This document shows, in pieces, positions 1-8,494 of a stretch of DNA of 40,582 bases. The notes beneath the pieces are model-generated. The model saw nothing but the letters and a program-made list of their open reading frames with translations. It had not been told where the DNA came from and searched no databases. This DNA comes from an uncultured Planctomycetota bacterium (GTDB lineage: Bacteria; JAJVIF01; JAPKYR01; CAZSPL01). Each line of letters opens with the position of its first letter. Position 1 is the stretch's first letter. The stretch spans positions 1 through 40,582 of the forward strand of contig CAZSPL010000008.1 of assembly GCA_964608735.1 (NCBI GenBank). Reading direction: 5' to 3'. A program made the position numbers and the translations under genes.

Positions 1-47
1 AGCCGCTCGGGTTTGATCTTCGGTTTTTCGGTTTTCTCTTCCGGCAT
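1..47 (-). CDS. 5' end of a CDS running off the window; possibly the NfnB/GltD-like partner of the NfnA-like gene
   Basis: The ATG at 47 (minus) opens MPEEKTEKPKIKPER.., which stays open to base 1. It lies 37 nt downstream of the NfnA-like stop on the same strand. Identity is inferred only from the usual nfnA-nfnB synteny. Confidence 0.3.
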   Translation of the reverse strand, partial: MPEEKTEKPKIKPER

Positions 48-84
48 ACTGATTCACGTCCCTTTCAATCTTGGGCGGGAATGG

Positions 85-936
85 CTACCCGCAGCCATGG
101 TGCTCCGTGCCGCATCCGGACTTACGAAGCGGCGCCACTTCCTCTTCGTAATATGTCTTGCGCCTGTCGAGGAATTCGTTCCAGTCGATCAGGTGCGCGT
201 CGAAATCGGGCCCGTCCACGCAGGCGAATTTCGTCACGCCGTTTACGGTCAGCCGGCATACGCCGCACATCCCGGTGCCGTCGATCATTATCGGGTTCAT
301 GTTGACGATGGTTTTTATTTCGTACGGGCGGGTCGTATCCCCGGCTTTCTTCATCATGAACGTGCATCCCTGCGCGAATACACGGTCTATCTTCAGTTCC
401 TTCGCGCGAAGTATCTCCGGGATCGCTGTGGTGATGTGCCCCCTGTAGCCACGGGTGCCGTCGCGGGTTACGATAAACAGCTCATCGGCAAGCTCCTTGA
501 ACCGGTCTTCCCAGTAGAGCAAATACGACGAGCGCGCTTCGAGCACCACGTAGACAGTGTTACCGGCTTCCTTCAGCACGCGGACGAGAGGATAAATGCT
601 GCCGATGCCGTAGCATCCGCCGATGCACATCACCGTGCCGTAATTCTCGATGACGGTCTTCTCGCCGAGCGGGCCGACGAATGTCGGTATCGTCGAACCC
701 GGCTTCAGAAGCGCGAGACGCGATGTCGATTCGCCGACTTCCATGAACATCGACGTCACCGTGCCCGCTTCCCTGTCGAAATCGGCGATGGAGAGCGGCA
801 TGCGTTCGCCCTTGTCGTTCGGACGCACGATGACGAACTGCCCGGGCTCCACCGATGCCGCGACCAGCGGGGCTTCGACCGTGAGCTCGTGAATATTAGG
901 CACTATCATTCGGCGCTGGATGATTCTATACTCCAT
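85..936 (-). CDS. NfnA/SudB-like ferredoxin-NADP+ reductase small subunit (PyrK-family FAD/[2Fe-2S] electron-transfer protein)
   Basis: 283 aa. FAD/NAD-binding-fold motifs are present (GQFVIVR, MCIGGCYGIGSIYPL). The C-terminus carries the PyrK-type cluster motif GTGMCGVCRLTV..KFACVDGPDF. The start overlaps the upstream gene's stop by 11 nt. Confidence 0.85.
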   Translation of the reverse strand: MEYRIIQRRMIVPNIHELTVEAPLVAASVEPGQFVIVRPNDKGERMPLSIADFDREAGTVTSMFMEVGESTSRLALLKPGSTIPTFVGPLGEKTVIENYGTVMCIGGCYGIGSIYPLVRVLKEAGNTVYVVLEARSSYLLYWEDRFKELADELFIVTRDGTRGYRGHITTAIPEILRAKELKIDRVFAQGCTFMMKKAGDTTRPYEIKTIVNMNPIMIDGTGMCGVCRLTVNGVTKFACVDGPDFDAHLIDWNEFLDRRKTYYEEEVAPLRKSGCGTEHHGCG

Positions 937-3484
937 GCTTCTTCACCTCCGCCGGGCTGGGATTCAATTCAAGTCGGAAAAGCGGTTCGAGTGCGCTCCG
1001 CAATGCCATCCCCCCGGTCGATGACGGCACCGGCAGGTATACCGCCGATTTCGGCACATCGGGGTCGAGCCGCGCCGGGGCGGTCGCCGAATGCGAGCCG
1101 GCGGTCACATCGATAAGCTCCCCCTCAACGACGCCGAGCTTCGCGGCATCGGCGGGATTGATGAAGAACCCGTCCTCGGGATTGATAATACGCAGCCCTT
1201 CGACCTTGCTGATGATATCCACTCCGCGATGCGCGTAGCTTCCGGGCATCAGCACCAGCATGAATTTCGATTTCGGCAACGTCACCGCTTTCTGTTTATC
1301 GGGAGCGGGGATGCTTCCGGTTCGCGGCAGTCTCCTGCTCTTGCGCGTAATCCTCGCCTTTGGATAGCCGTGAACGAGTTTGCTTATTTCGGCATCTATA
1401 TCTTTTTCGCTCTCGTATTCAAGCCCCTTTGCGCCAAGCCGCCCGGCGATCTGGGAGAATATCCACCAGTCCGGACGGGTCTTGCCGTACTGCACGCTGT
1501 CCGGCAGTTCTTCCATCCTCGGGGCGGCCTGAACGCGTCCTTCGACGTTTGTCAGCGTGCCGGAAGCTTCGAGGAAACTCGACGCCGGAAGGTAAAGGTC
1601 GACATCGAAATCGGGCTCGAAAATATCCTGCACGATGATGTAATCGCAGTCGGGACGTTCGAAGAACGGCACCGCGCCGACGAGGTAGAGCACCTTGGGA
1701 TGCTTGCCGCCGCCGGTTATCTCATCCACCGTAATCCCGTCGTCTTTCGGCAGCTTCACGTTCCATTCGGCTTCGACCGCCGCCGATGCTTTTTCATCCT
1801 TCAGGCCGTATCCTCCCGGGAGAAGTTCCGGGAAAACGCCCATCTCAAGCGCCCCGCGAAGGTTAGTGCCGGTGTAGAGCGGTATCACGTTGCTCTCTTT
1901 CGCCCGCGAAAGGGCGGTGAGTCCGGTTATCATTTCGCTCGTGCCGGTGTAGTTGAATACCATCGGCCCGACGACTACGGCGATGTTTTTCCCTTCGCGT
2001 AATATCGCGGCGGCCTCTTCGAGCGCGGTGGTATCGACGCCCGCCGATTTCGCGCCCCTTGTGAAATCCTTCGCGCCGGGTTTCATTCCTTTCGCGATTT
2101 TGCTGAGTATTCGCCCCTCCATTCCCGGGCGCGGCTGAAGCCAGACATCCGCATAGCGCGCGAGGTTTGAATCGCGCGCGTCGATGGTGACCAGCTTCGC
2201 GCCTTTCTGCATCGCCTTGCGTATCTCGACCCCGATGATGGAGAAATTGAATCGCGTGTCCAAGCCCAAGGCGAGAATCCTGTCGGCGTCCTTGATTTCC
2301 CTGATGGAGACAGGCTTCTGGAAAAGCCGCGCCCATAGCCCGATCCCGCCCCCGAGCGAACGCCGCGCCGTGGAATCAATCGCATTTGTGCCCATTACGG
2401 CGCGCGTAAATTTCTGCGCGGCATAGAGCGATTCATTTGTGCAGTCGGGGGAAATCAGCATCGCGAATTCGCCCGGCTTAAGGCCCTTGAGCTTCGCGGA
2501 CGCTCTTTCCAGCGCGTCATCCCACTCGATTTCTTTCCAGTAGCTGTTGTCGCGTACCATCGGTTTGCGGGCGCGTTCGAAATGATGCGAGACTTCGCCG
2601 ATGCAGAACCGTCCCTTGAGACACGCCTGCCCGTCGTTGACCTCCGGATCCAGCATTGGAAGCGCCTTGGAGAACTTGCCGTCCTTATGCCACAGTTCAA
2701 GCTGGCATCCGATTGCGCAATAGGGGCATGTCACGACGACCATGTCGTCCGGTATCCCGTCCCACTTGCTTGCCTTCTCGGCCAGCGCGCCGGTTGGGCA
2801 TACCGAAACGCACGCGCCGCAGAACTCGCATCCCGCATCGAGGTGGCTTCGCCCGAACGCCGGTCCGACTATCGCATTCGAGCCGCGCCAGGTGAACGCG
2901 AGCACCGATGTGCCGCGCAATTCCTGGCACATGCGCACGCATCGACCGCAGAGGATGCATATATTGTAGTCGCGGTCGTAGAACGGGTCGCCGCGCTCGG
3001 TTTCGATACCGCGGTACATTATCGGGTAATTGATCTCGGTCACCCCGAGCTTATCGACGACATCCTGCAGCTCGCACTGGTTGTCGTTGGGGCAGTAGCG
3101 GCATCCCGATGTCACCCCCGCTTTCCTTACGGTACCCATAAAAGTGCGGCATTCCTCGGACTCCCCGCAGATGAGGCAACTTGACGGATGCTCGCTGAGG
3201 ATGAGCTGGAGCACCTCGCGGCGTATTTCGTTGATGGCGACCGAGTTGGTCTTTATTTTCATGCCATCCGCGGCTGTGGTGTAGCACGAGAGGGGATAGC
3301 CGCGTATGCCCTCGATCTCGACGATGCACAAACGGCATCCGCCATACGGCGAGAGGTCCTTGTGCGAGCAGAGGGTGGGTATATAAATACCGTTCAGCTC
3401 CGCCGCTCGCAACACCGTCACGCCCTCGGGAGCGCTGAATTGTTGCCCGTTGATTTCAAGTGTTATTGTTTTCTCTTCAGCCAT
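926..3484 (-). CDS. NuoG/FdhA-like Fe-S subunit with a molybdopterin-oxidoreductase-fold domain; probably a non-catalytic FDH-like scaffold
   Basis: 852 aa. Motifs in order:
- N-terminal [2Fe-2S] (C39, C50, C53, C67)
- HPSSCLIC...CELQ His-ligated cluster motif
- two 4Fe-4S motifs (CILCGRCVRMC, CEFCGACVSVCP)
- MopB cluster TCPYCAIGC..ACLKGRF
- C-terminal MGD-binding-like barrel (INPADAAKLGV..GELIDV). Confidence 0.88.
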   Translation of the reverse strand: MAEEKTITLEINGQQFSAPEGVTVLRAAELNGIYIPTLCSHKDLSPYGGCRLCIVEIEGIRGYPLSCYTTAADGMKIKTNSVAINEIRREVLQLILSEHPSSCLICGESEECRTFMGTVRKAGVTSGCRYCPNDNQCELQDVVDKLGVTEINYPIMYRGIETERGDPFYDRDYNICILCGRCVRMCQELRGTSVLAFTWRGSNAIVGPAFGRSHLDAGCEFCGACVSVCPTGALAEKASKWDGIPDDMVVVTCPYCAIGCQLELWHKDGKFSKALPMLDPEVNDGQACLKGRFCIGEVSHHFERARKPMVRDNSYWKEIEWDDALERASAKLKGLKPGEFAMLISPDCTNESLYAAQKFTRAVMGTNAIDSTARRSLGGGIGLWARLFQKPVSIREIKDADRILALGLDTRFNFSIIGVEIRKAMQKGAKLVTIDARDSNLARYADVWLQPRPGMEGRILSKIAKGMKPGAKDFTRGAKSAGVDTTALEEAAAILREGKNIAVVVGPMVFNYTGTSEMITGLTALSRAKESNVIPLYTGTNLRGALEMGVFPELLPGGYGLKDEKASAAVEAEWNVKLPKDDGITVDEITGGGKHPKVLYLVGAVPFFERPDCDYIIVQDIFEPDFDVDLYLPASSFLEASGTLTNVEGRVQAAPRMEELPDSVQYGKTRPDWWIFSQIAGRLGAKGLEYESEKDIDAEISKLVHGYPKARITRKSRRLPRTGSIPAPDKQKAVTLPKSKFMLVLMPGSYAHRGVDIISKVEGLRIINPEDGFFINPADAAKLGVVEGELIDVTAGSHSATAPARLDPDVPKSAVYLPVPSSTGGMALRSALEPLFRLELNPSPAEVKKHGV

Positions 3485-3500
3485 TTTCCTTATCCTGCGT

Positions 3501-5381
3501 TTAGTCTGAAGCTATGACGATGGCGTCGCCCGCTATCGCGTCGAACCGGCATATCTCATAGCAGGCACGGCACTTGATGCACTTCGATTCATCGATGTTA
3601 TGAGGCTCCGACCGCGGGCCGATTATTGCCTCGGTCGGGCACACCTTCACGCACTGCTGGCAGCCGGTACATTTACCCGGGATGACGCGGTACACCACCA
3701 GGTCGCGGCATACCGCCGCCGGGCACTTGTGATCCTTCGCGTGGGCGAGGAATTCGTCCCGGAAATATTTCAGTGTCGAGAGCACCGGGTTCGGCGCGGT
3801 ATTGCCAAGGCCGCACAGCGCCGCGCCCTTGATGACGTTGCCGAGTTTTTCGAGCTTGTCGAGGTCTTCGACTTCGCCCCTTCCCTCGGTGATCTTCGTC
3901 AGGATATCGACCAGGTGCCGGGTCCCGACGCGGCATGGCACGCATTTGCCGCATGATTCCCTCTGCGTGAAGTTGAGGAAATATTTCGCGACATCGACCA
4001 CGCAGGTGTCCTCATCCAGCACTATCAATCCGCCGGAACCCATTATCGACCCGGCTTTCGCGAGGTTCTCATAATCGATGGGGGTATCGAGAAACTCCTC
4101 GGAGAGGCATCCGCCCGACGGCCCTCCCGACTGTACGGCCTTGAACGGCTTGAACAGGCCGCCGCCGATGTCGAAGATTATCTGGCGGAGGGTCATGCCC
4201 ATCGGCACTTCGATAAGCCCGGTACGGCGTACGCGTCCGACGAGCGAAAATGTCTTGGTGCCCTTGCTGGTCTCGGTGCCGTAGCCCGTGAACCATTCAG
4301 CGCCATTGCGGAGGATATTTGGAAGCGTACCGAGCGTCTCGACGTTGTTGATAATCGTCGGTTTGCCCCAAAGGCCCTTCTGCGCGGGGAATGGCGGGCG
4401 GCTGCGGGGCATCCCGCGCGCGCCCTCTATCGACGCCATCAGCGCGGTCTCCTCGCCGCATACGAATGCCCCGGCGCCTTCCTTTATCTTGACATCGAAA
4501 TCGAAGCCGGAGCCGAGGATATCCTTACCTATCAGACCGATTTCCTTCATGTCTGCGATGGCCTTCTCAAGGCGCTTGATGGCGAGCGGGTATTCAGCGC
4601 GGATGTAGATATAGCCCTTCGTAGCCCCGATGGTGTATGCCGCGATTAGCAGTCCTTCGAGCACGGCATGGGGGTCGCCCTCGATAAGCGAGCGGTCCAT
4701 GAACGCGCCGGGGTCGCCCTCGTCGGCGTTGCATATCATATATTTCTGATCGGCATCGATTTCCTTCGCCGTTTTCCATTTGAGCCATGTCGGGAAACCC
4801 GCGCCGCCACGCCCTCGCAAGCCCGACTGCTTGACGATTTCCAGCACTTCATCGCGCGACATCGACATCGCTTTCGTCAGCCCGATATATCCGTCGCGCG
4901 CGAGGTAGTGGTCGATGTCGTTCGGGTCGATAAGCCCGCAGTTGCGAAGCGCTATCCGTACTTGCGGCTTGAGCATCGGGTGGTCGAAGAAGCGCGGCAT
5001 GCCGTCAAACTCCCCCTCCGCGCCGAAATGCCCGACAGCGTCATCGGCGGGAATTTCCTTAACGGTAAAAATCTTTTTAATGATGCTCTCCGCTTTCGCG
5101 GGGGAGACGTTGGCGAAGCTTATGCGCGGCTTGCCCGGGAGCTTCACGTCCATCAGCGGTTCGAGGTAGCAAGGGCCGATGCATCCGACTTCCATGATGT
5201 CGGCCTCGACACCCGCATCGCCGAGGGCCTGCTCGACGGCTTTCCACGTCTTCATCGCCCCGGCGGCACGTCCGCAAGAACCCGCGCCGAATATGATGAT
5301 CGGGCGTTCGTTCTCCTCGAATGCGCGCCATTTCTCCTTCGCGGCGGCCCGGCGCTGGTCAAGAATTTTCGTATTCATCAA
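3501..5381 (-). CDS. NuoF/HydB-like NAD(P)H-binding FMN Fe-S subunit of a Bfu-type complex
   Basis: 626 aa. Motifs in order:
- N-terminal thioredoxin-like 2Fe-2S domain (GSCGRAAG, GCIGPCYLEP)
- GLRGRGGAGFPTWLKW FMN/NADH site
- SCGKCVPCRVG (N3 cluster)
- C-terminal 2x[4Fe-4S] ferredoxin domain (CTGCQQCVKVCP, CIKCRACYEIC). Confidence 0.92.
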   Translation of the reverse strand: MMNTKILDQRRAAAKEKWRAFEENERPIIIFGAGSCGRAAGAMKTWKAVEQALGDAGVEADIMEVGCIGPCYLEPLMDVKLPGKPRISFANVSPAKAESIIKKIFTVKEIPADDAVGHFGAEGEFDGMPRFFDHPMLKPQVRIALRNCGLIDPNDIDHYLARDGYIGLTKAMSMSRDEVLEIVKQSGLRGRGGAGFPTWLKWKTAKEIDADQKYMICNADEGDPGAFMDRSLIEGDPHAVLEGLLIAAYTIGATKGYIYIRAEYPLAIKRLEKAIADMKEIGLIGKDILGSGFDFDVKIKEGAGAFVCGEETALMASIEGARGMPRSRPPFPAQKGLWGKPTIINNVETLGTLPNILRNGAEWFTGYGTETSKGTKTFSLVGRVRRTGLIEVPMGMTLRQIIFDIGGGLFKPFKAVQSGGPSGGCLSEEFLDTPIDYENLAKAGSIMGSGGLIVLDEDTCVVDVAKYFLNFTQRESCGKCVPCRVGTRHLVDILTKITEGRGEVEDLDKLEKLGNVIKGAALCGLGNTAPNPVLSTLKYFRDEFLAHAKDHKCPAAVCRDLVVYRVIPGKCTGCQQCVKVCPTEAIIGPRSEPHNIDESKCIKCRACYEICRFDAIAGDAIVIASD

Positions 5382-5817
5382 GTACTCCTCTGAGTTTCAG
5401 CACATTCAACTGCGGATATATGTCGTCGTCGATCTTCACCACCGGCGCGAGCGCGCAGCATCCGAGACACGCCACCCGGTTCAGGTCGAATTTCCTGTCT
5501 TCGGTGGTTTCACCCGCGCCGATTTTCAGGTGGTATTCCAGCGAATTGAGAAGCTGCTCGCCGCCGCGGACATGGCATGCCGTGCCCATGCAGACGTGGA
5601 TATGATGTTCGCCGGGGGGATGGAAGCGGAACTGCGCGTAGAACGTCGCAACGCCGTAGATCTCGTTCTCGGTGATACGCAATTTCCTCGCGACCACGCT
5701 TATCGCTTCGGGCGAAAGGAAACCTTCGGCATCCTGCACGCGTTGCAGGATGGGTATCAGGTTCTCGCGAGAGGAGACAAAACCTTCCAACAGGGAGGTG
5801 GTTGTAGTAATGGCCAT
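5359..5817 (-). CDS. NuoE/HydC-like [2Fe-2S] thioredoxin-fold subunit
   Basis: 152 aa. Motifs CMGTACHVRG and VACLGCCALAPVV are present. Its 3' end overlaps the NuoF-like start by 23 nt. Confidence 0.9.
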   Translation of the reverse strand: MAITTTTSLLEGFVSSRENLIPILQRVQDAEGFLSPEAISVVARKLRITENEIYGVATFYAQFRFHPPGEHHIHVCMGTACHVRGGEQLLNSLEYHLKIGAGETTEDRKFDLNRVACLGCCALAPVVKIDDDIYPQLNVLKLRGVLDEYENS

Positions 5818-5920
5818 CCCGGGTCCTCCATAGATGGAAATAGATTGAAACAGGTTTTAATTATTCCGGAAACAGGCTCCCCGCGCGGGACACCCGTTTC
5901 CACGGGGATTGCTCCCTGCG

Positions 5921-6250
5921 CTATTCGAGCCCGAGCCTGGTCAGCTCTTTCGCCAGCCCATAGGTATCCTTATCCGTATTGAACAGCGTGATTCCCGCGC
6001 GATTGGCGAGATCGATGACATCCTGTAACGGTTCCTTTCCACGCACCATTACGATGGCGGACACATCGACGAGGTTCGCCGTGGCGATAAGGTTCTTGTG
6101 GGTCTGGATCGTGATGAGAAGGTCGTTCGGTTTGGCGCCGGCGACTATGTCGCTGACCATATCGGAGATGTAAACGCCGTTGACATCCTTGTCGTAGATT
6201 TCGTTGAATGCTTTGAGATTGAGTTTTTCCTTCAGCTCTGAAACTTTCAT
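5921..6250 (-). CDS. DRTGG domain protein
   Basis: Start moved to MKVSELKEK (ATG at 6250), which is preceded by GAGAGGAAGGA. About 109 aa with a DRTGG-like core (ITIQTH.NLIATANL..VSAIVMVRG). Such proteins commonly accompany HydABC/Bfu operons. Confidence 0.75.
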   Translation of the reverse strand: MKVSELKEKLNLKAFNEIYDKDVNGVYISDMVSDIVAGAKPNDLLITIQTHKNLIATANLVDVSAIVMVRGKEPLQDVIDLANRAGITLFNTDKDTYGLAKELTRLGLE

Positions 6251-6304
6251 GGTTATCCTTCCTCTCAAGTCTCGCGTTGATAATGCCGCTTCCGGACGGC
6301 TATC

Positions 6305-6835
6305 CTAATATATTTCGGTCAAACCGATATCGGCGATAACCTCCCCCTCGCATACGTCGATATTCGAGATGAAGCTGCACGGCACGAAGAAAATGCTCTT
6401 CCCGGCCGATTTGATGCGGCTGTTGAAGTACTCGGTGAGCGCCCGGGCGGCTTCGAGGTCGACGCATTTCCCTTTGACGTGCGAAGTGTCGGAGCATAGC
6501 GCGACATAGATCCATGTGTCGCCGCCGCCGAGGAGCTCGCGCATCTGGCCCGCGTTGCAGTTTTCCATGCAGTTCGTGCAGAGCATGAGCCCCACGACGC
6601 TGTCGAGCTTCACGATGCGTCCGCAGGCGGTGCATTCGAGGTCGAATTTAACGGCCTGGGAGCTCCCCATGTATTTCCACGTATAATCCCCCTCGACATA
6701 GTTGTCGATGGGCGGTGTCTGCTCGCTGGAGAAAAACGATCGCCTCGCCCCGGTCTGGGCGCATCCCTCGGTCACGATATACCCGTTACGAAGGTTGACG
6801 ATAGACCATTTATGCTGACATTTGCCTTCGGCCAT
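6305..6835 (-). CDS. Cys-rich hypothetical protein (first gene of the redox operon)
   Basis: Start moved to MAEGKCQHKW (ATG at 6835), preceded by GAGGAGG. 176 aa with 12 Cys, including CTAC and CTNCMENC. I recognise no family. Confidence 0.65.
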   Translation of the reverse strand: MAEGKCQHKWSIVNLRNGYIVTEGCAQTGARRSFFSSEQTPPIDNYVEGDYTWKYMGSSQAVKFDLECTACGRIVKLDSVVGLMLCTNCMENCNAGQMRELLGGGDTWIYVALCSDTSHVKGKCVDLEAARALTEYFNSRIKSAGKSIFFVPCSFISNIDVCEGEVIADIGLTEIY

Positions 6836-7095
6836 TAATCCTCCTCTGATGCCCCGGCCCGAGTATATGGAATCCCGTAGCACCGGGTGCTTCCCGGTTG
6901 ACCACATCTACCGGGTCAGCCGGAATACAGGAGTTATACTCCTCTCGGCTTTCCCTCCTCAGACCGGTTCGATGGAAATGCTCCAGAAAATAAATACACC
7001 TGATATAGGAACATCGAGTGATTTGGCTAATCCATCGACAAGTGAAAATTATATCATGGGCTGTTAAAAATCAAGCCTTATTTAGGGAGACAAGC

Positions 7096-7133
7096 AAGAA
7101 AAAGCAGCGCCGCAAGATAAGAATCTTCGCGGC
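7096..7133 (-). terminator. putative intrinsic terminator of the ABC-2 operon
   Basis: On the minus strand the hairpin is GCCGCGAAGAT-TCTT-ATCTTGCGGC (one bulge, 7109-7133). It is followed by GCTGCTTTTTCTT and sits 47 nt after the stop at 7180. Confidence 0.5.
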
Positions 7134-7179
7134 TTGGCGATGGCCCGGTTTCAGTTAAAGTTGCGGGAGGATGCCGTTA

Positions 7180-7722
7180 TCAAGCTGAGCCCTTCTGCCG
7201 GAGATAATTAACCGTTGCCATGATGAACAGCAGCAAGAGCGGCATACCCAAGGCTACAGGCAAGACTTTGCCCGGGTTCAGGTTCTGTTTTGCGGCAACG
7301 TGAAAATGAGTGATCTTGCTTACGCGCGGCGTATCACTGGTTGGCGCGGCGGCTACGACGATAAGGGAATAGTCGCCCGCTTTCACGAAGTGGATTTTCC
7401 AGTTGAGCGGCAGAGCCTGGCCGGCTTCAATTGACCCGATAAAAAGGCCTTTCTCGGCGCTCCAATCTTCGAGGTCGACCGGCAGCTTGTTTTCGTTATC
7501 GACAAGGGAAATATATGTAGTAATTTCGGCAAGCGGTTGATCTCCTGTGTTGGTGATTTGGCCTTCGATGGTCACATAGTCACCGGCGGTGCCGTTCAAG
7601 TCGCTGGAGGATAGAATCTCTAATTTCAAAGGCAACTCCTGCTGCGCATAAGCATTGATATGCGCGGCAAGCATGAGCAAGCAGGTTAGAAAAACGGTTA
7701 TGATCTTCAGCTTGTCTTTCAT
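7180..7722 (-). CDS. exported, C-terminally membrane-anchored beta-sandwich (CARDB/NEW3-like) protein
   Basis: Start moved to MKDKLKII (ATG at 7722, 1 nt after the upstream stop). It has a signal peptide (..HINAYA), a C-terminal TM helix (LPVALGMPLLLLFIMATV) and a G..V.I.G.ITNTG-type motif. Confidence 0.7.
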   Translation of the reverse strand: MKDKLKIITVFLTCLLMLAAHINAYAQQELPLKLEILSSSDLNGTAGDYVTIEGQITNTGDQPLAEITTYISLVDNENKLPVDLEDWSAEKGLFIGSIEAGQALPLNWKIHFVKAGDYSLIVVAAAPTSDTPRVSKITHFHVAAKQNLNPGKVLPVALGMPLLLLFIMATVNYLRQKGSA

Positions 7723-7723
7723 A

Positions 7724-8494
7724 TCAGTCGCTTTTGATGACTCCATTCCGGTCGAAATTTCTCATCGCGAACCAAAGAAGCAACAGCGCAATTACGCAAA
7801 AGACCACCAGCGGGAGCAGGTAGACTGTGTTCTGCAGGATTGAGGTTTGATAGTCGACGAGGACATTGTCCAGGGAGGAAAAGATGTTGTCTATGGGATT
7901 GATCCTGCCGAACAAAGCGGCGGCAGGATTGTTTTTGAGCGTGGATGAAAAAAGGGCAGGGATCGAGAATATCAATAGAATTATCAAGGAGGTTGTAAGA
8001 GTATTCTTGCTTGACCTATAGAGCAACGAGACGGCAAAGATTATCATTATCAATCCTACCGCGCCGAGGGTTCCAAGCAACGCGGTATATGCAATGAAAT
8101 AGAAAGCCAGGTTAGTACCGCTGGATGCGACCAGGATGTAAGGGATTGAGACGATGAAAATCAGGAACCAGGATGCGAGGGAAGCGAGCAGCTTGCCGCT
8201 GACCAGGTCTCTCAGGGAGACGGGCGCGAGGAAAAGGCTTTCAGCGGTCTGGTTTTCAAATTCCGTCGTTATAATGGATGAGGCATCGATGACGATTATT
8301 AACAAAGCCACGCCGATGATGATCTTGGAAAGCAACCACAACATCTCGGTCTGGTCGAGCAAGCTCAGCTCTTTGTTGGTCAGCAGCAAGTAGCTCGTGA
8401 TGCTGAAAAGCAGTGCGGCGATCAAGAGCCATACCGTGCTCTTCCAGGTATAAAGCTCCGCTTGAATCTCTTTTAACCAGATATGTTTAATCAT
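7724..8494 (-). CDS. ABC-2 family transporter permease (NosY/COG1277-like)
   Basis: 256 aa with about 6 predicted TM helices. It overlaps the ATPase gene by 8 nt. Confidence 0.85.
   Translation of the reverse strand: MIKHIWLKEIQAELYTWKSTVWLLIAALLFSITSYLLLTNKELSLLDQTEMLWLLSKIIIGVALLIIVIDASSIITTEFENQTAESLFLAPVSLRDLVSGKLLASLASWFLIFIVSIPYILVASSGTNLAFYFIAYTALLGTLGAVGLIMIIFAVSLLYRSSKNTLTTSLIILLIFSIPALFSSTLKNNPAAALFGRINPIDNIFSSLDNVLVDYQTSILQNTVYLLPLVVFCVIALLLLWFAMRNFDRNGVIKSD

Noticed and set aside
13-1116. Long antisense or alternative-frame ORFs. Examples: 13-1116+, 1091-2002+, 4668-5393+, 5179-5982+, 17200-18204+, 18478-19257+, 20745-21560-, 22442-23182-, 23505-24365-, 26105-26959-, 27200-28195-, 28760-29659+, 29834-30874-, 35838-36902+, 39919-40509-.
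   Set aside because: They lie opposite or out of frame to genes with clear family motifs. Their products are Arg/Pro/Gly/His-rich low-complexity strings, typical of shadow ORFs in GC-rich DNA, and none shows a recognisable motif. The 39919-40509 ORF is the shadow of the plus-strand TldD/PmbA gene.
6966-6985. GGTTCGATGGAAATGCTCCA resembles the T-loop plus acceptor 3' end of the nearby tRNA-Ala. It could be an att-type repeat marking the far end of the low-GC block.
   Set aside because: Only 14 of about 20 positions match, and a 2-nt length difference is needed. It is in inverted rather than direct orientation relative to the tRNA, and the flanks do not fold into a tRNA. This is most likely chance.
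6836-7180. Rex-type operator (TTGTGAA-N6-TTCACAA) or another regulator site upstream of the redox operon. Candidates were AAGTGAAAATTATATCAT near 7040 and the palindrome AGGAGT-TAT-ACTCCT at 6929-6943.
   Set aside because: Only one half-site resembles the Rex consensus. The 6-bp palindrome is short enough to occur by chance. Neither can be supported without comparative data.
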